A stretch of 64,000 nt of DNA from positions 260,469 through 324,468 of IMG/VR virus record IMGVR_UViG_3300044712_001255; one strand, given 5' to 3'. The notes beneath the pieces are model-generated. The model saw nothing but the letters and a program-made list of their open reading frames with translations, made no database searches and was not told the origin of the DNA. The position numbers and the translations under genes are program-made. The number at the start of each line of letters is the position of its first letter. Within the stretch, counting starts at the first letter, position 1. Shown in pieces: positions 1 through 8,999 of the stretch.

Positions 1-408
1 ACATATTCGCTTGCTGAGTGCGATGTTGCGTGGGCTCGTCTCGTAGGTGAGCAGACGTCGCTTGAGGCCGCAGTGGCAATTGCCAATGCAACGAACAAGA
101 TCACCTATCGTGGTCAGGAATTCACGCTTGCGTTTGCCGTGAAGCAGTTGGCTGTTTTCAAGGCAAAGATTGCGCTCTTGCGAACCCTGAATTGTCAGGC
201 GACTGCAGAACGCACCGATGTTACTCGTGATACTGAGTACGTAAATGGAAATTACGTAACTGTCACTCGAGAGAAGAAGGTTCACTGTGCATTCACTGAG
301 CGTGAGCGTGATACGAGTGTTCAGGTAGCGCAGACAGACTTTGACGAGCTCAACGCACTCGTCGAGGCGGCAAATCACACCATTCAGGTCGACCCTCAGG
401 TCGTCTGA
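1..408 (+). CDS. DIP1984-like coiled-coil protein (5' partial)
   Basis: Frame is open from base 1. The pattern AIANATNKIT...TLAFAVKQL...DELNALVEAANHTIQV resembles the DIP1984 family. Confidence 0.55.
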   Translation, partial: TYSLAECDVAWARLVGEQTSLEAAVAIANATNKITYRGQEFTLAFAVKQLAVFKAKIALLRTLNCQATAERTDVTRDTEYVNGNYVTVTREKKVHCAFTERERDTSVQVAQTDFDELNALVEAANHTIQVDPQVV

Positions 409-416
409 TGTGAGAT

Positions 417-612
417 GCGCCGAAAGGGAAGTTGCTGTTGAAACCCTGTTGATTTAAAATCAACTCAACCCTAATAAGGAATGAAAGCTATTGGTATCGG
501 TTCTGGCATCGCATTCAGCACTCAGCGTCCAGCATCTTTTCCTATCAGCTCATAGCCCTTAGCAGGTAGATTTCAGCAATCAGCAGTCAATTACAACACG
601 CTTCCCTTGCGT
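417..612 (+). ncRNA. Putative structured ncRNA with heptamer (C/U)AGC repeats
   Basis: Ends pair (aagggaag 424-431 with cttccctt 601-608; tgttg with caaca). Hairpin gttgatt/aatcaac at 448-464. Eight NNYAGCN units at 514-585. Confidence 0.6.
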
Positions 613-617
613 TGTAT

Positions 618-689
618 GCGGTGATAGTTTAGTGACAAAACGGCAGGCAACCAAAGCCTGAGATCATGGGTTTGATTCCCACATCCGCG
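618..689 (+). pseudogene. Degenerate tRNA-like gene (Trp-like, CCA)
   Basis: Anticodon arm caggc-AACCAAA-gcctg and T arm tggg-tttgatt-ccca. The acceptor stem is bulged and U33 is missing. Confidence 0.45.
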
Positions 690-800
690 CTAAGTAACGA
701 GAAAAATTATCGGGTGAAATACCCATATGCCTGATTGCGTAAGAAGGGTCGACACTTCTGCGATGGAGGTACAACGCCAGAGGAGCGTTAACGTGAAAGT
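689..800 (+). ncRNA. AGUA/GAA-capped RNA, copy A
   Basis: agta-acg (693-699) faces cgt-gaa (792-797). Internal T-loop-like hairpin ggg-tgaaata-ccc. Confidence 0.5.
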
Positions 801-802
801 TT

Positions 803-873
803 GGGGCTTTCGTATAGCGGGATTACGCTGGCTTTGCAAGCCAGTCACACGGGTTCGAGTCCCGTAGGCTCCA
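803..873 (+). tRNA. tRNA-Ala(TGC)
   Basis: Cloverleaf, ctggc-tttgcaa-gccag, G3:U70. Confidence 0.92.
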
Positions 874-906
874 CAAATCAACAATGACTGCGTTCAAAGT
901 TGATCA

Positions 907-1032
907 ATTACGAGTAACTATTAAGCGGTGTAAATCCGCATTGTATGCAACGTCATCGACAGTTCGCCTCGATCGGGGTGACTGCCCTCTGCACGTTGAC
1001 GTACTGGCCGGTGAGCCTAATGTGAAAGTAGT
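907..1032 (+). ncRNA. AGUA/GAA-capped RNA, copy B
   Basis: attac-g-agta-ac...gt-gaa-a-gtagt, with internal T-loop-like hairpin gcgg-tgtaaat-ccgc. Confidence 0.55.
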
Positions 1033-1037
1033 GTCAT

Positions 1038-1109
1038 GGGCCTGTAGTTTAATAGGGAAAATTCCTGCCTCGCACGCAGAAAACTCGGGTTCGAATCCCG
1101 ATGGGTCCA
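1038..1109 (+). tRNA. tRNA-Ala(CGC)
   Basis: Cloverleaf, loop ctcgcac, G3:U70. Confidence 0.85.
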
Positions 1110-1121
1110 CACAATCAACGA

Positions 1122-2162
1122 TCAGTTTGATAAGAGGTGCCTAAGAACGTCATTGTATGATTCAACCTTGACGTTTGACAATGCATTAAAGATTTCATCT
1201 TGCGTTGCCTTGTCTTTCACGTTCTGCTTGATCCAATCAATCACTTGGTCCTTATTTACGCCGCCTTGCGTTTGTGATTGTGTACGTGAGCTGCTGTTGG
1301 TTTGTTGATTAGGTTGCTGTTCAGTAGACTCTTCATTAGACCGTTGTGATACTTGCGTATCAAAATTTTGGATCTCTTTGCCCACAGCTTGCATTTTTTC
1401 GATCATCGCTGCTAATTTGCCGCTTTTCACTATTTGCGCAATTTCTCTTGCTATATTTGCATCAACGTTCATGCCAGCTTGCTTACCAGCTGACATTACA
1501 ATTGATTGCAACGTATTACTTCCGTGTTGATCGCCTCGTGGCAATTCACTGCCGCCTGGTACCTTACCAGCATCTAGCGATGTTGCCTGCTTTGTTGGCC
1601 TTTGTGCTGTGATTTGTGGTTGTGGTTTTGGCTTTGGCGTCGCAGGTACAGGTTTCTTTCCAAACTTTGCATTTGCAAGTTCTTCATCTGATTGCACGCC
1701 ACGTTCTTGTTCGTCTACTGCTTCCATTAGACGACGAAACTTTGTGTGAAATGACTCATTGATTTCAGCAGCATCAACTTTTTGTGCAACAAGCTCGTAA
1801 AAATGCATACATTTCATGAACTCTTTTTCAAGAAGCTTGAAATCGCCGTCCTCGTCGTCAAAAATGTCCTTGGAAATACGACCTAAAAATCCTTTTATCT
1901 TATCAATGGTGCTTTTCTTATTAACTTGCTTGTACTTTGCGAATTTCCCTTTTATGTTATCAAGCGTTGTTGCAAGTTGATTTGCGATCGTTATTTGATC
2001 ATTAGCTTTTAGTACGTCCACTGTTTGCTTCACATTTTTGAAAAGCGCTTTGAATTTTGCAAATAACTCTTTATCGATTGCTTCATTCAATTGCTGACGA
2101 ATGTTCTCATCGATCTTCAAAAGCTTTCGACGTTGCGCAAGCGTAAGTTTGCTGGTAGACAT
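1122..2162 (-). CDS. Hypothetical protein (helical, Q/K-rich; possibly virion-associated)
   Basis: 346 aa ORF preceded by the ATAGTTA motif. Confidence 0.75.
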   Translation of the reverse strand: MSTSKLTLAQRRKLLKIDENIRQQLNEAIDKELFAKFKALFKNVKQTVDVLKANDQITIANQLATTLDNIKGKFAKYKQVNKKSTIDKIKGFLGRISKDIFDDEDGDFKLLEKEFMKCMHFYELVAQKVDAAEINESFHTKFRRLMEAVDEQERGVQSDEELANAKFGKKPVPATPKPKPQPQITAQRPTKQATSLDAGKVPGGSELPRGDQHGSNTLQSIVMSAGKQAGMNVDANIAREIAQIVKSGKLAAMIEKMQAVGKEIQNFDTQVSQRSNEESTEQQPNQQTNSSSRTQSQTQGGVNKDQVIDWIKQNVKDKATQDEIFNALSNVKVESYNDVLRHLLSN

Positions 2163-2371
2163 AGCGATATTCTAACTATTCGTTCGGTGATACACGATCA
2201 GTCTATGGCTTACTGTCAGCTTATGCAAGGAGAATACGTTAGGTGGCACGGGCAACTAGCCCTAGTTGTCTACGAATTTTGGGGCCTTGCAACGATTCGG
2301 TTGTGCGAGAAGCACTCGATCTACGAGGTTTTTTTGCACGATCTCAAACCTGTAACCCTTCAACCTGTCCG

Positions 2372-2400
2372 GTGTAATACCTGACTCAACGTGATAGGCT
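2372..2400 (+). promoter_or_regulatory. GTGTA-N18-TAGGCT promoter
   Basis: Recurrent motif, here upstream of ORF 2411. Confidence 0.6.
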
Positions 2401-2410
2401 TGTCCTAGGC

Positions 2411-2788
2411 ATGGACACCACAACATACGTTTATATCGCGCTTGGTGCAGTCGCCACAGGAACATCATTGTGGTGGGTAATTCGAACAATTCGTCGTCGA
2501 TTGACGCGTCCTGCTGGTGGTTCACAGTCGGTGAACGTGAAACAGCTGCGTGTTCGACTTACAACGTTGACTGGCGAGATTTTTGATATCTCGTTTGAAG
2601 GCAAGGCATTCTACATCAATGACACAATCTGGATGCAGACTGCTAAAGAAATTTTCAATGATTGGCGTGACGCAGGCGAACACGGTTTGTTTCGTGTTTC
2701 TCGTAACCAATGGATTGGCGCGCAGAACGTAAAGGAACTTCTCTTGGTGAAAGAGAGTGATCTTTTTATTGACGTGCCGTACTCTTGA
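2411..2788 (+). CDS. Hypothetical protein with N-terminal TM helix
   Basis: 125 aa ORF with a hydrophobic N-terminus. Confidence 0.7.
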   Translation: MDTTTYVYIALGAVATGTSLWWVIRTIRRRLTRPAGGSQSVNVKQLRVRLTTLTGEIFDISFEGKAFYINDTIWMQTAKEIFNDWRDAGEHGLFRVSRNQWIGAQNVKELLLVKESDLFIDVPYS

Positions 2789-2790
2789 CG

Positions 2791-2819
2791 GTGTACAATC
2801 GCACACCGTGTATTATAAT
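2791..2819 (+). promoter_or_regulatory. GTGTA-N18-TATAAT promoter
   Basis: Consensus -10, upstream of the sigma operon. Confidence 0.7.
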
Positions 2820-2850
2820 AGCAACCCAAAAAGAACAAGAAGGATAGAAA

Positions 2851-3237
2851 ATGGCAAAGAAGCTGAAGAAGAACGCAAAGTCCGAGACCGTTGTCGAGAA
2901 CGTGGCCGCCGTCACTGTTGACGCTGCCCCTGCAAACCTGTTTGAGGCGTTCATTGATCTGAGTGATCCTGAGCTGTCTCAGGCAATCGAGCGGCTTGAG
3001 GCTGAGCGTAACAGCTGCCTGGCGCATCGAGAGGATCCTATGGAGATTGAGATTGAGAAGTGTTTCGCTCAGCGTGAGTGGAGACTGCGTGCTGAGCGTT
3101 GGAAGGCGCATTGCGCGTATCTCGATGCAGACGCAGAGTCTCTTCGAGAGGATCAGTACCCGATCGCAGACCTCGATAATTGGGAGTTCGTCTCAATTTG
3201 CAACGGTTCGCGAGCGCCTCGCGTTCAGCGCGCCTAG
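2851..3237 (+). CDS. Hypothetical protein
   Basis: 128 aa ORF with SD aagga. Confidence 0.75.
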   Translation: MAKKLKKNAKSETVVENVAAVTVDAAPANLFEAFIDLSDPELSQAIERLEAERNSCLAHREDPMEIEIEKCFAQREWRLRAERWKAHCAYLDADAESLREDQYPIADLDNWEFVSICNGSRAPRVQRA

Positions 3238-3248
3238 GATTTCTTGAC

Positions 3249-4064
3249 ATGAAGCAAACGAGTAAAGAACCAAAGATAGTACAAACGTATCTCGACTCAT
3301 TGACACGTTTGCCGCAGCTTTCGCACCCTGATCTTGTGAACCTTTTCAAGGTTCTTGAAGATACTGAAGAGAAGCTTGCGGCAAAGGAACGAGCTCGCAA
3401 GAAGGTCATTGAGTGTAATCTTCGTCTTGTCGTATCAATCGCAAAGAAGTACTACAAGAACTACAAGTTGCCCATTGAAGACCTCATTCAAGAAGGCAAC
3501 ATTGGACTCATGAAAGCCGTAGAGCGATTTGACTACAAGAAGGGTTGGCGGTTTTCAACGTACGCTACATGGTGGATTCGCCAAGCAATCGGTCAGCATG
3601 TTCAAAAGCGACGTCGAACCGTGCGATTGCCTGCGCATGCCGCTGCCGTTCAACGCAAGTTGATTCAGGCTGCTGATGATTTCAAGCAACTGCATGGTAC
3701 TAATCCTTCGAGCGAAGAACTGCAGGAAGTCGTCAAGGCTTCAGAGACTGTGGTGCGAGCAACGATGTTTGCGTCTCGAGGAACTGTGTCATTGAATGAT
3801 CCTGCGTATGCAGCTGCCGGTGGACCTACCAAGACAATTGCTGATGTTCTTGAGGATGAAGATCCGGGTGCTTGCCCATTCACCAACTGTGCTGACGTAG
3901 AGATTGTGAACATTGTTCGACAAATCATGAAAACGTTGACGGTGAAAGAGTCTGCGATCCTACGTCTGAGGTTTGGCCTCATTGAGGATGATACGAATTC
4001 TGAAGAGTTCCCAATCACTCAAGATGAGATTGACAACCTTGACGAAGGACGTGGTTTGACGTAG
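3249..4064 (+). CDS. RpoD/RpoS-like sigma70 factor lacking the region 4.2 HTH
   Basis: NLRLVVSIAKKY, DLIQEGNIGLMKAVERFDYKKGWRFSTYATWWIRQAI and RTVRLP. The protein ends soon after LRLRFGL. Confidence 0.92.
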   Translation: MKQTSKEPKIVQTYLDSLTRLPQLSHPDLVNLFKVLEDTEEKLAAKERARKKVIECNLRLVVSIAKKYYKNYKLPIEDLIQEGNIGLMKAVERFDYKKGWRFSTYATWWIRQAIGQHVQKRRRTVRLPAHAAAVQRKLIQAADDFKQLHGTNPSSEELQEVVKASETVVRATMFASRGTVSLNDPAYAAAGGPTKTIADVLEDEDPGACPFTNCADVEIVNIVRQIMKTLTVKESAILRLRFGLIEDDTNSEEFPITQDEIDNLDEGRGLT

Positions 4065-4122
4065 CGATGGGCGGTGATGGATATGTATTATCTGTCATCG
4101 TTGCCATTTTCTGGAGTCAGCC

Positions 4123-4284
4123 ATGAACTTTTCTGCTATCCTGGTCATAATTGGTCTCACATGCGCCGGTCTTAGCGCATTAGTTTTTACGTTACCGTTC
4201 ATGGCCAGGATGCAGTGGTTCAAGGATCTTTTCATAGAGGAACAACCCGATATCGAAATAGTAGAACATGATGATGACGAATGA
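4123..4284 (+). CDS. Small membrane protein (53 aa)
   Basis: MNFSAILVIIGLTCAGLSALVFTL... with SD ggag. Below the ORF-track size cutoff. Confidence 0.55.
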   Translation: MNFSAILVIIGLTCAGLSALVFTLPFMARMQWFKDLFIEEQPDIEIVEHDDDE

Positions 4285-4558
4285 GATTACAGTTGGCATA
4301 GCTTTCATCATTGGCATTGCGTTGGGATATGTGGTGCGCTATGCAAGTGAATTCTTGACATCAAGAAAAGTACCAACACCAAAGCGCCTCAAAAAGGCAG
4401 ACCTTGTAAAAGATATGCAAGATCGTATGCACGATCGTCTCAATGAGATTGACTTGCCATTCGGTCGACCACGAAAAACAGAACATGCTCCGGTGACTGC
4501 GATTGGCAACGCTCGGGCAAGAACGATGTTGATCAATAGAAAAGAAACAAAAGAGTAA
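4268..4558 (+). CDS. Hypothetical membrane protein
   Basis: N-terminal TM helix. Confidence 0.65.
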   Translation: MMMTNEITVGIAFIIGIALGYVVRYASEFLTSRKVPTPKRLKKADLVKDMQDRMHDRLNEIDLPFGRPRKTEHAPVTAIGNARARTMLINRKETKE

Positions 4559-4560
4559 AA

Positions 4561-4860
4561 ATGAATCCAGGCAAGAAGTTCAAGGCGGGATATGCTACAG
4601 TTACAAGCGACAACGGTGGCGACAATTACCGTGAAATTGCCGAATTGATGACCCAGATAGGGTTCCCAATGAATCATTCATCTGCTCGTAATCACGTCAT
4701 TAGGGCGATGCACAAGTTTGTGCTTGCATTTTGTCAAGCTCAAGGTATTGAATTCTCTGAAAAAGAGCAACTACGCATTGCTCGTGATCCTCGCTTTCAG
4801 GAGGCCATTTGCGATGTGATGCAGTACCTTGAGGCTGAGAAAGAAGATCGCCATATTTAA
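4561..4860 (+). CDS. Stand-alone sigma region-4-like HTH protein
   Basis: NYREIAELMTQIGFPMNHSSARNHVIRAMHKF resembles the sigma4.2 YxEIA...V+.++.RA..KL pattern. Confidence 0.6.
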   Translation: MNPGKKFKAGYATVTSDNGGDNYREIAELMTQIGFPMNHSSARNHVIRAMHKFVLAFCQAQGIEFSEKEQLRIARDPRFQEAICDVMQYLEAEKEDRHI

Positions 4861-4864
4861 GGAC

Positions 4865-5317
4865 ATGAAACTGAAGATCAAGTACCAGCCCACAACGGCT
4901 GTGAGTCTTGAAAAGATGTTAAAGCGTCGCAAGATGTCGTTAGCAACATTCTTGACAGAACAGGGCATTAGCACATACGAAAGCTTGCGATCACGTTGCG
5001 CCACGATTGGCATCGTTCCGCCGTCGGAAGAAGAGTACCTACGTGTGTCTGGTCCAATTGTCTCAAACCCCCAAGAGGGCGTTGTGATTCTTGAGCCTAT
5101 TCCTATCATCAATGATTCCACCGGTAAGGAAACTGAGGAGATAGCTCCCGCACCATCTGCGGCTGATATCGCTGGTATAAAACAAACAGATGATGAGAAA
5201 CCACGCAAGAAACGTGGAGGCTTTCAGCGATCTGCAGTCGTGGAATCTGTAGACGCTCCTGAGCGCGCCGACGTCATTGACGCGTTCATGTCTGGTTCAA
5301 TTTTGCCAACTGCATGA
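4865..5317 (+). CDS. Hypothetical protein
   Basis: ATG follows ATATTTA-AGGAC. Confidence 0.7.
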   Translation: MKLKIKYQPTTAVSLEKMLKRRKMSLATFLTEQGISTYESLRSRCATIGIVPPSEEEYLRVSGPIVSNPQEGVVILEPIPIINDSTGKETEEIAPAPSAADIAGIKQTDDEKPRKKRGGFQRSAVVESVDAPERADVIDAFMSGSILPTA

Positions 5318-5346
5318 GTGTAGACAACGTAATCATGAGATAGACT
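5318..5346 (+). promoter_or_regulatory. GTGTA-N18-TAGACT promoter (leaderless)
   Basis: The ligase ATG is 6 nt after the -10. Confidence 0.65.
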
Positions 5347-5352
5347 GGTCTC

Positions 5353-6681
5353 ATGATCAATCAGACCGTCGTCCAGATCCTAGAAGCACTCGAGAAAACT
5401 TCCAAGCGCACGGAGAAGGAAACCATCCTTAAGCAGCACGTAAAAAACGTGCTGCTTCGACAGGTCTTTGTTGCAGCAATGGATCCGTATACGAACTACG
5501 GCATTACGAAGTTTAAGAAGTGTCGTCCAGTCGCCCAGGAGAATGGCGGATCTGACGTTCTTCTAGAGGCGTATTTGACTCGTGTACTTCCTGTGTTGGC
5601 ATCACGCGAAGTGAGTGGAAATGCGGCACGAGATGTCATTGAAAAGACATTCAGCACGTTCAATGCTGACGAGCAGAAGTGGGCAGAACGCATTCTGTTG
5701 CATAATCTTCGATGCGGTGTGCAAGAGAAGACTGTGAACAAGATCTGGCCCGGTACCATTTCTCCTTATGCGGTTCAGCTAGCAGTTCCTCTTGAACATC
5801 ACGTTGTTGGTGAGAAAATCGTTCTTGACGAACCCATCGTCTTTCCCGTTCTTGTTGAACCAAAGCTTGACGGTTTGCGACTCACTGCGACGAAAGAGAA
5901 GGGCGTTGTCACGCTGCGTACTCGAAACGGTACTGAGCTTGATACGTTCCCGTCATTGATCAACTTTCTTACCGAGACCGACGGTGATGATTACGTTCTT
6001 GATGCCGAAGCCATGGGTGCAGATTGGAATGAAAGCGCATCTGTATTGATGTCTCGCAAGCGTAGCAAGGATGATAAGAACATGGTCTACAACTTGTTCG
6101 ATGCCTTGACTCTGCAGGAGTGGAAGACACAAGATTGTAAGCGCACGCAAGGCACACGTAGAACTGACATGCTGTCATTGTGGAATCAACGCTGGCAGTG
6201 CGGTCCTATCAAGCCTACTGACGCGAAGCTGTGTCACAACCTTGAAGAAGTTCAAGCGTATTATGTAGAATGTGTTAACGCCGGGTACGAGGGCGTGATG
6301 ATAAAGGATCCAAATGGTCTCTACACATTCGATCGTACCAAGGCGTGGCGCAAGCTGAAGCCTTTCACTACGTACGAAGGCGTCGTGGTTGGGTGGTACG
6401 AGGGCAAGCGCGGCACGAAGCGTGAAGGAGACTTTGGCGGGTTTAACGTTCTGTTGCCGAATGGCGTTGTCACAAACGTCGGTAGCGGATTCTCTGATGA
6501 TGAGAAAGCAGAGATCAACAACGACCCAACGTCTTGGATCGGTAAGATCGTTGAAGTAAAGGGACAGCCCCCGCTGACTGACGACGGCAAGGTGCGCTTC
6601 CCGAGCAAGGTACGTTACCGCGAGGCGAGTGACGTAGATCCCAAGGTTCTCGAAGCTTACGAAGCTTGGTCGGCTAGGTAA
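5353..6681 (+). CDS. ATP-dependent DNA ligase (T4 gp30-like)
   Basis: EPKLDG motif I, EGVMIKDP, WRKLK, and OB fold VGSGFSD...RFP. Confidence 0.95.
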   Translation: MINQTVVQILEALEKTSKRTEKETILKQHVKNVLLRQVFVAAMDPYTNYGITKFKKCRPVAQENGGSDVLLEAYLTRVLPVLASREVSGNAARDVIEKTFSTFNADEQKWAERILLHNLRCGVQEKTVNKIWPGTISPYAVQLAVPLEHHVVGEKIVLDEPIVFPVLVEPKLDGLRLTATKEKGVVTLRTRNGTELDTFPSLINFLTETDGDDYVLDAEAMGADWNESASVLMSRKRSKDDKNMVYNLFDALTLQEWKTQDCKRTQGTRRTDMLSLWNQRWQCGPIKPTDAKLCHNLEEVQAYYVECVNAGYEGVMIKDPNGLYTFDRTKAWRKLKPFTTYEGVVVGWYEGKRGTKREGDFGGFNVLLPNGVVTNVGSGFSDDEKAEINNDPTSWIGKIVEVKGQPPLTDDGKVRFPSKVRYREASDVDPKVLEAYEAWSAR

Positions 6682-6688
6682 TTACATC

Positions 6689-6979
6689 GTGGACAACGAT
6701 CTGCAACATGCGTTCGCGCGAATAAGTTCTATCTTGGAAGCTCACGAAATTATTGATTTTCGTGCAAGATGTTCCATGGGAATTTGGCAGGTCGTATTGC
6801 TTGGAAAAAATGGCGTCAAACGAGGCTCTGCCGACGTAGATCTGAGCAGAGCCTTTAATGACGCAGTGAATTACTACGTTGCAGCAACTACTGAGAATTC
6901 AACGGGATATTCACAGGATGGTATTGGAATTTCTCCCATTTCACTTGATCCACCGCCGTCTCCAAATCGTAGACGCTAG
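6689..6979 (+). CDS. Hypothetical protein
   Basis: 96 aa ORF following the ligase. Confidence 0.55.
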   Translation: MDNDLQHAFARISSILEAHEIIDFRARCSMGIWQVVLLGKNGVKRGSADVDLSRAFNDAVNYYVAATTENSTGYSQDGIGISPISLDPPPSPNRRR

Positions 6980-7007
6980 ATCAATAAAATCAATACCTTG
7001 TACACGA

Positions 7008-7036
7008 GTGCAGGTTTACTTTGCCCATGGTAGAGT
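7008..7036 (+). promoter_or_regulatory. GTGCA-N18-TAGAGT promoter
   Basis: Variant of the recurrent motif. Confidence 0.55.
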
Positions 7037-7070
7037 CAGACCATAGGCAAGGCAAAGGACACAAACACAC

Positions 7071-8711
7071 ATGGCTAAGAAGACTGCTAAGAATGTTGCT
7101 CCGGTTCAGATGTCTGAGGCTGACGCAGCGAAACTGCGTGAGGCTGCGGCTCGATTCGATCTCAACGTTCACATCATCAATTTCCTCAGCTCTAACGCAT
7201 TCTATGCTGAGATCTCTCGTCGAGTTCACAAGATCAGCACGAAGGACATTCCCACCGCTGCTGTGGCTTGGAACCAGAAGCTCGACAACATCGTGTTGTA
7301 CTACAACCCGGAATTCATGTGCCAGCACACCCCAAAGCAGGTGATTGGCATTCTGAAGCACGAATTCAGTCACTTGTTCTACGGACACTTGAACGCTCGT
7401 CGGAAGACTCCACACCGTATGTGGAACATCGCTACCGATCTTGCAATCAATTCGCTGATTGTTTCGAGCGAGCAGAATTCTGCTTCATATTCTAACATCA
7501 ACAATCCTCAGGCTGTTTTGCCGGAATGCGCATTGATTCCCGGCCACCCGGTTTTCTTTGCAGATCTCAAGCGGCCCTTGACGGCTGATGAGAAGGCTGC
7601 GCAGCCCATCGCTGCTCTTATCGAGAAGATGAAGCCGTTGCTCGCTTCTGAGGATTATTTCCAGCAGCTGATGAAGGTCGCAAAGGAACAGCAGAACACT
7701 TGCCCGATGTGTGGCGGTTCTGGCAAGATCAAGGTGAAGTCTGACGCGGGTGGAGATGAGAATAGCTCAGACGGGCGGGACGGCGTCGAGAAGGAAGGCC
7801 AGGACAAGGGCGAAAATGACAAGGGTAATGGGTCATCTCGCGGAGATGATTCTCACGACGAGGGATGCGAGGGCGATGGAAATTGTTCTTGTGGCCACGG
7901 CGATAACGAGCCCGGTGGTTGTAGTGGTCCTGATGGTGAATATGATTGCCCTTGCTGCAAGGGCGATGGTGAGCTCGGTGACGGCATTGGTTCGATGGAC
8001 GATCATGGATTTTGGGATGACATCCCGGAAGATATGCGTGAATACGTCGAAAATCGTGTGCGTAACGTGATTGAGCGCGCTGTTGAATCCGCCGATCAGA
8101 GCTCGAATGGCTGGGGCTATATGCCTGCTTCGATTCGTGAGGAGATTCGTCGGTTCGTATCCAAGAAGGTGCCGTGGCGCTCTGTACTCCGGCAGTTCAT
8201 TGGAGTGCTTCTGCCAGGCGATCGTTCTACCAGCATCAAGCGCATCAATCGTCGCTATCCGTATATCCATCCCGGTGTGAAGCGTGGTCGCAAGGCTAAG
8301 CTTCTCGTCGCAATCGATATGTCTGGTTCTGTTGGAGAGGAACTTCTCGCAACGTTCTTTGCGGAACTAACCAACTTGGCAAAGAATTGTGAGATCGATG
8401 TTGTCCCGTTCGATTGCTCTGCTGAACCTGAACATATCGTCAAGTGGCGACGTGGTGGTCCCCCTCCGATGGGTCGGGTGAAGGCCGGTGGTACCAGCTT
8501 TGATGCTCCCACTGACCTTGCCAATGATCCTAAGAACCGCGGTCGTTGGGATGGTCTGCTAATCGTCACAGACGGGATTTGCAACGCTCCCAAGGAAAGT
8601 CGGGTACGTCGCGGATGGGTTCTTGGTCCTGGGTGCAAGCTGCAATTCGACTCGAACGAGCTCCAGGTCTTCGTAGACAATGAGCGACCGATGGTCGGAG
8701 CGTGGAGGTGA
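7071..8711 (+). CDS. Metallopeptidase-VWA domain protein (DUF2201-like)
   Basis: HEFSH (HExxH), WNIATDLAIN, MIDAS DMSGS, GGGTSF, TDG. Confidence 0.9.
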   Translation: MAKKTAKNVAPVQMSEADAAKLREAAARFDLNVHIINFLSSNAFYAEISRRVHKISTKDIPTAAVAWNQKLDNIVLYYNPEFMCQHTPKQVIGILKHEFSHLFYGHLNARRKTPHRMWNIATDLAINSLIVSSEQNSASYSNINNPQAVLPECALIPGHPVFFADLKRPLTADEKAAQPIAALIEKMKPLLASEDYFQQLMKVAKEQQNTCPMCGGSGKIKVKSDAGGDENSSDGRDGVEKEGQDKGENDKGNGSSRGDDSHDEGCEGDGNCSCGHGDNEPGGCSGPDGEYDCPCCKGDGELGDGIGSMDDHGFWDDIPEDMREYVENRVRNVIERAVESADQSSNGWGYMPASIREEIRRFVSKKVPWRSVLRQFIGVLLPGDRSTSIKRINRRYPYIHPGVKRGRKAKLLVAIDMSGSVGEELLATFFAELTNLAKNCEIDVVPFDCSAEPEHIVKWRRGGPPPMGRVKAGGTSFDAPTDLANDPKNRGRWDGLLIVTDGICNAPKESRVRRGWVLGPGCKLQFDSNELQVFVDNERPMVGAWR

Positions 8712-8715
8712 TATC

Positions 8716-8991
8716 ATGTGGGGATTTCTTAGGGCAGTATTCTTTCTTTCATTGTTCTCAGGAGCGCTGAAATTCAGTCCACTGCTGAGATTGGTCACAG
8801 GAATCATCTTGACGCCAATCTGCGGGTTGGGGTTTGGAACCCTACTAAGCGTGCCATTTATTCTCCTGTTGCTCTTGGTGGGCGGTGGAGGAGGCTTAGG
8901 CTTGATGATTGGCGTATGGGGAACTTGTGTACTCATTGCGTCAGGATGGGCATTCATCTCTTTGTTGCTTCCAAGCGTGAGTGACGATTAG
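8716..8991 (+). CDS. Multi-pass membrane protein
   Basis: Highly hydrophobic, SD ggagg. Confidence 0.6.
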   Translation: MWGFLRAVFFLSLFSGALKFSPLLRLVTGIILTPICGLGFGTLLSVPFILLLLLVGGGGGLGLMIGVWGTCVLIASGWAFISLLLPSVSDD

Positions 8992-8999
8992 CTATATAC

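Noticed and set aside
690-1144. ORFs 690-884, 884-1144 and 904-1110, and similar short ORFs over 11.9-14.6 kb and 22.3-23.0 kb
   Set aside because: These are shadow frames across tRNA and ncRNA genes.
3180-3248. Longer N-terminus for the sigma factor
   Set aside because: It overlaps the upstream gene. ATG 3249, preceded by agga, is the more plausible start.
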